Assembly: GCA_031285625.1 (NCBI GenBank)
Contig: JAITVV010000095.1
Coordinates: 160,001 to 224,000, forward strand
Origin: Prevotella sp.
Lineage (GTDB): Bacteria; Bacteroidota; Bacteroidia; Bacteroidales; Dysgonomonadaceae
DNA length: 64,000 nucleotides
Direction: 5' to 3'
The position numbers were made by a program, and so were the translations under genes. Positions 56,943 to 64,000 of this stretch are shown here, in pieces. The notes beneath the pieces were generated by a model. That model was not told where the DNA came from. It saw only the letters and a program-made list of their open reading frames with translations, and did not search any database. Position 1 is the first letter of the stretch, and the number at the start of each line of letters is the position of its first letter.

Positions 56943-58118
56943 TTATTTGAGTAAGTTATCTAACATGGTTCGTTGCTCTTCTCCAAAATTAGCCCATCTG
57001 GCAATAATTTTACCCTGCTTATCAATTAAGAAAACAGTCGGGAGAAATTCTACTTTATAGACATCTGAGATCCCTATATCGAACAAACGCCCATCCGAAT
57101 GAGCTAAATCCAATATCTGAGGCCATTCTTTTAATTGGTACTTTTCAACAGCCTGCAACCAATCGTCTTTATTCTCGTCTGCCGAAATACTTAATATTTG
57201 TAGTCGTCCGTTATATTTATTGTAAATCTCTTTGAGGTTTGGTATTTCTTTTACACACGGACCACACCAGCTTGCCCAAAAATCAAGAAGGACATACTTC
57301 TTGTCCCTGAAATCCGACAGTTTGATATTATTCCCGGATAAGTCTGTTTTTGTAAAATCAGGAGCTATGTCTCCAGCAGAAGCCATTCCTTTACTTTGCT
57401 GATATATGATCTGCCTATAAGCAAGTTTACCCATCAGACTTGTTTTCAATTCTTCTGGTAGGCTGTTATAAACCGATAAGATAGTATCACTGCTTACAAG
57501 TTCTGATCGGGCGACAGAAAACAACAAAGCCGGAGATATTTGGAATCTAGTATGTCTTGATACAAAATCAATGTATTTCAGATGTTTTCCCTTGGCATTG
57601 AGAGTCAATTTTTCTGAATGATTACGGATAATATTCATCAAGCTATCCCGCACACGTAGGTTCTCAGTAGAATTAAGTTGTTTAAAAAGATCACTAACAA
57701 TAGTAGAATTTTCCAACCAGAATTTTGAATAAGATATTACCTCTTCTTGTAATTCCTGATTTTCTTTATCAACCTGTGTCCCAGATAATTTATACATATA
57801 TGACTGTTCTTTATCTATATGGAGTTCCATGTTAGAAGGTTCGATAAACATCTGAATATAATCATTATCAAAATCCAGATAAGCATATGTTAGTCCATCT
57901 AGCTTTCCTGTGAAAGTAAACTTACCATCAACTACTTTGGCAGTATCTTCTTTTTCATACCACTCGTTATCTTGTGAGTAATAATAACTAAGATATACCG
58001 TATCAGGCAGTTCACCACCCTCGATAGTTCCCTGTAATACAAATGTATCTGATGGGGTTTTATTACAGCTAGCTATAACAATAAGTAATAAAGTAAGGAA
58101 AATAATATTTTTTTTCAT
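56943..58118 (-). CDS. TlpA-family thiol-disulfide oxidoreductase lipoprotein (DUF4369 + AhpC/TSA)
   Basis: Lipobox IASC; DTAKVVDGKFTFTG; APDF, LLDFWASWCGPC, LPTVFLIDKQGKI. Confidence 0.9.
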   Translation of the reverse strand: MKKNIIFLTLLLIVIASCNKTPSDTFVLQGTIEGGELPDTVYLSYYYSQDNEWYEKEDTAKVVDGKFTFTGKLDGLTYAYLDFDNDYIQMFIEPSNMELHIDKEQSYMYKLSGTQVDKENQELQEEVISYSKFWLENSTIVSDLFKQLNSTENLRVRDSLMNIIRNHSEKLTLNAKGKHLKYIDFVSRHTRFQISPALLFSVARSELVSSDTILSVYNSLPEELKTSLMGKLAYRQIIYQQSKGMASAGDIAPDFTKTDLSGNNIKLSDFRDKKYVLLDFWASWCGPCVKEIPNLKEIYNKYNGRLQILSISADENKDDWLQAVEKYQLKEWPQILDLAHSDGRLFDIGISDVYKVEFLPTVFLIDKQGKIIARWANFGEEQRTMLDNLLK

Positions 58119-58171
58119 GATGCTGAATATTAATGGAATGACTACTATACAGCTTTATGCTCAAGAACTTC

Positions 58172-58717
58172 TTAAAAGAAGATGCCTATAAAGGTAAAGA
58201 ATACGAACAATGCCGGTAGGAAGAGCAGGCCTGCCAACGTCCATTGCTTTGCCTTCTTTGAGGCATCCATAGCCCCTTCATAATCATTATTGCGATATAA
58301 AGTCTCCACCCTGCCTGCATAGAATATACCTACAAGGCTAATCGGGGAACAGCAAAATATAGTCAGTAAGATAGATTCTACCAGCCATTGTTTCGGCATG
58401 GGTAAAATACCATTCAGATTGACTTGGCTATCAGGTTTATTTTGTGGATTCTGCCTGTTCTGTTGTTGAGGTTGCTGAGAATATACAGTCGTTGGCTGAG
58501 GCGGTTTCTGTTCCGGTTGTTTTACTTCTTGTGGAACAGGTATTTTTGAATCGAACAGATAATTCAATTCCGGCATGGTTCCGGCTTCTACCCAATCTGC
58601 CAGACCCGACCGCCAGACCATCGTATCGGGACGTATACCTTTTCTCGCTAGCTCATTTGGAGTGAACGGCCCGCACTGTAGTTTCGAAATGTCATCTATA
58701 TAGTAGTACTTCAGCAT
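58172..58717 (-). CDS. GYF_2 (DUF4339) + CD225/dispanin membrane protein
   Basis: QCGPFT...TMVWRSGLADWVEAG; Gln/Pro linker; PKQWLVESILLTIFCC...GIFY...A..ASKKAKQW. Confidence 0.85.
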   Translation of the reverse strand: MLKYYYIDDISKLQCGPFTPNELARKGIRPDTMVWRSGLADWVEAGTMPELNYLFDSKIPVPQEVKQPEQKPPQPTTVYSQQPQQQNRQNPQNKPDSQVNLNGILPMPKQWLVESILLTIFCCSPISLVGIFYAGRVETLYRNNDYEGAMDASKKAKQWTLAGLLFLPALFVFFTFIGIFF

Positions 58718-61101
58718 TACTTAAAGATGTTATCTATCTGTGCAGGAGGCGGTGCATCCGGAACTTCTTCGTCGCCGGTCTTATCACAGACACCGTATCC
58801 CGGTATTGTTTCAAACTGATCTTTTTGGCTATATCCTAATGTTTTATCAGCGAATACTTTTTTGAAGAACAGCCCCACGATAGGCAATGCCATGCTGGCT
58901 CCCTGTCCGTCGCTGGTACGGTCGAAGTGTATAGAACGGTCTTCCCCGCCTACCCAGCACCCTGTAGATATTTTAGGAGTGAATCCCATAAACCATCCGT
59001 CAGAGTTATTTTGTGTTGTTCCGGTTTTTCCTCCCATTGGAACTGTTATTCCATAGTTACGCCTGATACGCCCTCCTGTACCTCCATCGACAACACCGCG
59101 AAGCATATCCAGCATTTTCACATATGTTCCTTCACTAAATACTTCGTCCATTCGCGGCGAGAATACTGCGTCGGCGATTATATTTCCAAAGGCGTCCTCT
59201 ACACGGGTTACATATACAGGGTTTACACGTATTCCTTTGTTTACAAATGATGTGTATGCAGCAGCCATCTCAGCAACAGAAACATCATGGGTACCCAGAG
59301 CCATCGATACTACAGGGTCAATCTTTCCGGTGATACCAAACGAATGCAACATGCGCGCAAAAGCATATGGCGATGTGCGCCCCATCAGATAGGCTGTAAC
59401 AAGGTTGTCGGAGTTTTGTAATCCCCACTTAATGGTTACCGTCTCCCCAAATTTAGAAGCCCGGCCTCCGCGAGGCGACCACTCTTTACCAGTTTCCGTA
59501 ACCAAAGTTTGCGGTACATACAGCATTTCATCACATGGAGTCATTCCGCTTTCCATCGAAAGGGTATATAAATACGGCTTGATAGTGGAACCTACCTGAC
59601 GGCGTCCCATGTTTACCATATCATATTGGAAGTATTTGAAATCTATACCTCCTACATAAGCTTTTACATTACCGTTGTGAGTATCCATTGCCATGAATCC
59701 GGAACGTAAGAATCCTTTATGGTAGCGGATAGAATCCCACGGGGTCATAATCGTATCTACTTCGCCTTTCCATGAGAACACCTTCATATCTGCAGGCTGC
59801 TTGAATATCTTATAGATATCCTTATCAGACATACCTTCTTTCTTCAGGCCTCTGTAGCGGTCGGTAACTTTCATTGCCCGGTAGATCAGTGAATCTACGT
59901 TCTTTGCTACCGAGTATGAGAATGGAGCATATGCACGACCTTTCTTTTCTTTATCAAAGTCGGGTTGAAGCTCTTTGCTCATGTGCTCTGTCATAGCTTC
60001 CTCGGCATATTGTTGCATACGGGAATCTACAGTTGCATATATTTTCAGTCCATCGGTTGACAGATTATAATACGAACCATCTGGTTTTTTGTTTTTATTA
60101 CACCAGCCATACAATGGATTTACTTCCCAGTTGGTAGAATCCAATGAATACTGTTCCATTTGCCAGTCTGCATAATTTGCTTTATTTGGCTTCTTGGCAG
60201 TCATGGTCATACGCAGATATTCCCTGAAGTATGGAGCAAGCCCGTCTTTATGGTCTACTCTCTTAAAGTCAAGCTTTAGGTCTGTTTGCTTAAGTGAGTC
60301 GTATTGTTGCTCTGTGATGTAGTCGTTCTTATACATCTGTTCAAGCACTACATTCCTGCGGCCCTTAGTCCTGTCAGGATATCTTCTGGGATTGAAGTAA
60401 GATGGATTTTTACACATTCCTATCAGTGTAGCCGCTTCTTCAATTTTCAGGTCTTTAGGTGTTTTGTTGAAATATACTTGTGCCGCCGATTGTATACCAA
60501 CGGCATTATATAAAAAGTCGAACTGATTAAGATACAGGTTTACTATTTCTTCCTTTGTATAATATCTTTCCAGTTTTACTGCTATCACCCACTCTATCGG
60601 CTTACGAAGGAGGACACGTTCAAATGCGTTCTCAGAAGGTGGGGAATATAACAGTTTAGCCAGCTGTTGAGGAATAGTACTACCACCACCACCGCTTTTG
60701 TCCATCAGCAGTCCTCTTTTTACTACAGCACGTACCAACGCATAGGCATCAATACCTGAGTGTGAATAGTAGCGTGCGTCTTCGGTAGCTACAAGTGCCT
60801 GCACCAGATAGGGAGAAAGATCCTCATAATCTGAATAGATACGATTGTTTTTAGCCAATGAATATGTGCCCAGCAGCACTCCATCGGAGGAATATACCTG
60901 AGAGGCATATTTGTCTATCGGATTCTCCAGTTCCTCTACATCAGGCATATATCCTATAGCACCTGTACTGATAAGGGTGAAGATAATGGTAACAGCTCCA
61001 ACAAAGCATGCAAAGAGAAACCACAGGCCTTTTACAACCTTTTTAGAGTTAAATCTTTTGCTCTTCTTTTTATTCTTTTTCGATTTTTCTTTCTCGTCCA
61101 T
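58717..61101 (-). CDS. mrcA: Penicillin-binding protein 1A (transglycosylase/transpeptidase)
   Basis: TM anchor; ATEDARYYSH, GGSTIPQQLAK, SxxK GSTIKP, SDN, KTGTT; ATG 61101 preferred as start. Confidence 0.92.
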   Translation of the reverse strand: MDEKEKSKKNKKKSKRFNSKKVVKGLWFLFACFVGAVTIIFTLISTGAIGYMPDVEELENPIDKYASQVYSSDGVLLGTYSLAKNNRIYSDYEDLSPYLVQALVATEDARYYSHSGIDAYALVRAVVKRGLLMDKSGGGGSTIPQQLAKLLYSPPSENAFERVLLRKPIEWVIAVKLERYYTKEEIVNLYLNQFDFLYNAVGIQSAAQVYFNKTPKDLKIEEAATLIGMCKNPSYFNPRRYPDRTKGRRNVVLEQMYKNDYITEQQYDSLKQTDLKLDFKRVDHKDGLAPYFREYLRMTMTAKKPNKANYADWQMEQYSLDSTNWEVNPLYGWCNKNKKPDGSYYNLSTDGLKIYATVDSRMQQYAEEAMTEHMSKELQPDFDKEKKGRAYAPFSYSVAKNVDSLIYRAMKVTDRYRGLKKEGMSDKDIYKIFKQPADMKVFSWKGEVDTIMTPWDSIRYHKGFLRSGFMAMDTHNGNVKAYVGGIDFKYFQYDMVNMGRRQVGSTIKPYLYTLSMESGMTPCDEMLYVPQTLVTETGKEWSPRGGRASKFGETVTIKWGLQNSDNLVTAYLMGRTSPYAFARMLHSFGITGKIDPVVSMALGTHDVSVAEMAAAYTSFVNKGIRVNPVYVTRVEDAFGNIIADAVFSPRMDEVFSEGTYVKMLDMLRGVVDGGTGGRIRRNYGITVPMGGKTGTTQNNSDGWFMGFTPKISTGCWVGGEDRSIHFDRTSDGQGASMALPIVGLFFKKVFADKTLGYSQKDQFETIPGYGVCDKTGDEEVPDAPPPAQIDNIFK

Positions 61102-61242
61102 AAGTATGTGCAAGTCTATTAAAACTTGCTGCAAATTTAAATAAAACGTTTCAATAATGTAGATAAAAAAACTTAAATGGGATATTCATTCTTGCAAAGT
61201 GGCTTTGAATGCGGATATGAATAGTAAACTTTGTAATCAGCA

Positions 61243-61695
61243 CTATAATTGTATTATACATATCAGCCCGGCCAACAGACTTATTGACAAATACATACAA
61301 AATATCCCAAGGTGTTTTCGTACTTGTTCGGGAGTAATACTATCATAATAGTCTGCCAATATACAGTATTTATCGTGCCAAATCAAAATCCGATGCTTTT
61401 TTACTGTGCAATATTTTTTATCATTATACCGGAGCAATACGTATGAAAGAACAGATATATACATAATAATAAGGGCGATTACAATCCTTTCGGTGTTTAA
61501 AACGATGTGTGGAACATCTATCATATTACATATCAGGCTATAGATAAAAAAAGAAATAACCCCAACAGACATTAAATTAGAAAGAATAAGTATAGCTAAA
61601 ACCATTTGTGCAACCATAAATGGAAAACGGGCGCCCATTCGCTTAAAATAGAACCACAGCCAGTAAAGAATATTTTCTGTAAATGATATTTTCAT
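61243..61695 (-). CDS. Hypothetical 3-TM membrane protein
   Basis: AT-rich 150-aa ORF with three hydrophobic segments, directly downstream of priA. Confidence 0.55.
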   Translation of the reverse strand: MKISFTENILYWLWFYFKRMGARFPFMVAQMVLAILILSNLMSVGVISFFIYSLICNMIDVPHIVLNTERIVIALIIMYISVLSYVLLRYNDKKYCTVKKHRILIWHDKYCILADYYDSITPEQVRKHLGIFCMYLSISLLAGLICIIQL

Positions 61696-61714
61696 AGTTT
61701 GATAAAATAATGCG

Positions 61715-64000
61715 TTACATCGGGTCTACATCGTAATGCAAGAGCACAGACTTGTATGCAGGATTATTCAATACAACCTGATGCTGATAAACTATCTCCC
61801 TTACTTTCTGTATTGATGCCTGATTCTCCACTTTGAGAAGAATATGACGGATGTACAAAGATTGAATACGGGATACAGGAGGCTTACTTGGTCCCAGTAC
61901 CCTTTCTGAAAATGATTGCCTCAACGAAAGGGCAAAATCTTTTGCAGCAGCATCCACTATATGTTCTTCCCGCGCTCTGAGAACAACTGTTATAAGTCTG
62001 AAAAAAGGTGGGTAACGGAATATCTTGCGTTCCTCACATTGCAAGCGATAGAATTCTTCATAGTCATTTGCTGTTACCAGATTGATCACAGCACTGCCCG
62101 GATGCGATGTTTGCAAAAAAACCAAGCCTCGCTTGTTCTTGTGCCCTGCCCGTCCGCTTACCTGCATCATCAGCTGAAAAGCACGTTCGTATGCCCTGAA
62201 ATCAGGATAGTTCAACAGGTTGTCGGCATTGAGGATGCCTACTATACTGACATTGTCAAAGTCGAGTCCTTTCGAAACCATCTGAGTTCCGATAAGAATA
62301 TTTGTCTTATTATTCTCAAAGTCGGTGATAATCCTTTCGTACGATTTCTTGCCACGTGTAGTGTCTAAATCCATTCTTGCAACTGAGGCCTCAGGAAAGA
62401 GTTCCATTACTTCTTCCTCTATACGTTCTGTACCGTAACCCAGTGCGTCGAGCGTCGGTGTTTTACATTCGGGACAAATGGCCGGTACTTCGTATACAGC
62501 TCCGCAATAGTGACAGACCATCATCCGTTGCCCTTTGTGATATGTAAGGCTCACATCACAATTCTGGCAATGAGGAGTCCACGAACAGTTTTTGCACTCC
62601 AGCATAGAAGAAAAGCCCCGCCTGTTCTGAAACAAGATAACTTGCTCCTTCTTCTCTAAAACCTCCCTCATCTTATCAATTAGCGGAGGGGAGAGGACAG
62701 ATTTCATCTGCTTCTTCCGTCTTAGCTCTTTTACGTTTACCACTGCTATTTGCGGTAGTTCTATATTTTCGTGACGCTTGGTTAGTTTTACCAAGCCATA
62801 TCTGCCAGCCAGTGCATTGTTATAAGTCTCCAGAGCCGGAGTCGCCGTTCCCAGTAATATTTTTGCACCGAAGAACCCCGCCAGTACTATCGCAGCATTA
62901 CGTGCGTTGTAGCGTGGTGCAGGATCTTGCTGTTTATACGAGCTTTCGTGTTCTTCATCTACAATGATAAGGCCAAGATTGCTGAAGGGGAGAAAAACTG
63001 CAGAGCGTGCACCCAGAACAACCTGTGCTTCGCCTTTAGTTAACAGGTTCTTCCATGTTTCAGCCCGTTCGTTGTCATTAAACTTAGAATGATATACAGC
63101 CATCTTATTCCCAAAGACAGCTTTCAACCGGTCGGTGATCTGAGTAGTCAGGGCTATTTCAGGAAGCAGGTATAAAACCTGTTTGCCCTGAGCAATAGCT
63201 TCCTTTATAAGCTGTATGTATATTTCAGTTTTACCGCTGGAGGTAACTCCATATAGCAGGGTTGTATCTTTTTCTTTGAATGATACCTTTATCTCACCAA
63301 ATGCTTTTTGCTGATATTCGTTCAATTCATATGCAGCATCAATGTTAGATTCTCCATAGTTGAAACGGCTAACCTCATATTCGTATGTTTCGAGTATCCC
63401 TTTTTTTACCAACTCAGATAAAACTGCTGATGATACATTGGCCTCTTCCAGCAGGCTTTTCTTCAGTATCAGTGTATTTTCTTCTTTCAGGTGAAGAAAG
63501 ACCGCAAAAAGATGTTGCTGCTTTTTTGCCCTGTTGAGTTCGTTCAGGATTTGATTTAGTTCTTCTTCGTGATATTCTTTCGGCAAGCGTACTGCTGTCT
63601 GGCTTTTGGGAACATATGCATTTTGGATATTTTCGCTGATATAAGCAGCCTGCTTATCCACCAGTGATTTTATGGCAGCAATAGCATTTGACAATCCGGA
63701 TAGTTTCTCTATCTCACCTATTGTCTTCGCCTTATCAGCCGACAGGCTATAGTATACCTTCAGCTCATTGGGTGTAAATGGCTCTGATGCCTCAAAGTCG
63801 GAATTGAGCAAGACATGTGTTTCACTTTCGAGTTTCAGTGCAGATGGTAACGCAGCCCTGTACACATCGCCGAGTGAACACATATAATACATGGCTATCC
63901 ATTCCCAAAAACGAAGTTGAGTAGCGGTAACAATGGGATAGTCTTCCAATGTGGTGACTATATCTTTTATATATGATTCTTTTTTGTCTTCTTCGTAGAT
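61715..64000 (-). CDS. priA: Primosomal protein N' (replication restart helicase); 5' end lies beyond the window
   Basis: GVTSSGKTE, LLPEIALT, DEEH..SYKQ, NRRGFS, four CxxC pairs, GTQMVSKGLDF, QVSGRAG, DVDP; the frame stays open to the right edge. Confidence 0.96.
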   Translation of the reverse strand: MYEEDKKESYIKDIVTTLEDYPIVTATQLRFWEWIAMYYMCSLGDVYRAALPSALKLESETHVLLNSDFEASEPFTPNELKVYYSLSADKAKTIGEIEKLSGLSNAIAAIKSLVDKQAAYISENIQNAYVPKSQTAVRLPKEYHEEELNQILNELNRAKKQQHLFAVFLHLKEENTLILKKSLLEEANVSSAVLSELVKKGILETYEYEVSRFNYGESNIDAAYELNEYQQKAFGEIKVSFKEKDTTLLYGVTSSGKTEIYIQLIKEAIAQGKQVLYLLPEIALTTQITDRLKAVFGNKMAVYHSKFNDNERAETWKNLLTKGEAQVVLGARSAVFLPFSNLGLIIVDEEHESSYKQQDPAPRYNARNAAIVLAGFFGAKILLGTATPALETYNNALAGRYGLVKLTKRHENIELPQIAVVNVKELRRKKQMKSVLSPPLIDKMREVLEKKEQVILFQNRRGFSSMLECKNCSWTPHCQNCDVSLTYHKGQRMMVCHYCGAVYEVPAICPECKTPTLDALGYGTERIEEEVMELFPEASVARMDLDTTRGKKSYERIITDFENNKTNILIGTQMVSKGLDFDNVSIVGILNADNLLNYPDFRAYERAFQLMMQVSGRAGHKNKRGLVFLQTSHPGSAVINLVTANDYEEFYRLQCEERKIFRYPPFFRLITVVLRAREEHIVDAAAKDFALSLRQSFSERVLGPSKPPVSRIQSLYIRHILLKVENQASIQKVREIVYQHQVVLNNPAYKSVLLHYDVDPM

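Noticed and set aside
1-64000. Prophage, integron, DGR, retron, CRISPR-Cas, tRNA or rRNA
   Set aside because: No integrase, reverse transcriptase, cas or phage structural motifs in any ORF, and no cloverleaf or rRNA-like segment was seen by eye in the intergenic gaps.

Overview
A 64-kb stretch of AT-rich Bacteroidales chromosome. A Dysgonomonas-like host is my inference from gene content and TAnnTTTG promoters, and is not verified. Most of the window is housekeeping genes (asnS partial, rluB, purB, recN, purA/fur, tadA, dinB, murI, lptB, ilvE, PBP1A, priA partial), with single accessory genes dropped between them: a MACPF lipoprotein, a GT-C/GtrII-like membrane protein, several orphan immunity-like proteins and a DUF1896 conjugative-transposon relic. 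It also holds a complete 17-kb polysaccharide utilization locus (HTCS, SusC/D, two GH43, a BNR propeller, an unclassified 670-aa enzyme and a GH2) that probably targets furanoside (Galf) glycans, and a C10 cysteine-protease operon with two paralogous lipoproteins. The most unusual signals are: (i) a promoter-to-terminator ~140-nt unit at 52.55-52.69 kb carrying four CTTTACA repeats, a candidate protein-sponge sRNA; (ii) a peptide deformylase with a lipoprotein signal peptide; (iii) a 21-bp-period direct-repeat operator shared by two PUL promoters; (iv) three GTCAT-ended REP-like palindromes, one nested inside an IS-type MITE; (v) an inverted heptamer-repeat array between ilvE and lptB. I found no rRNA, tRNA, CRISPR array, transposase or integrase. 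All calls come from motif recognition by eye; no database searches were run.
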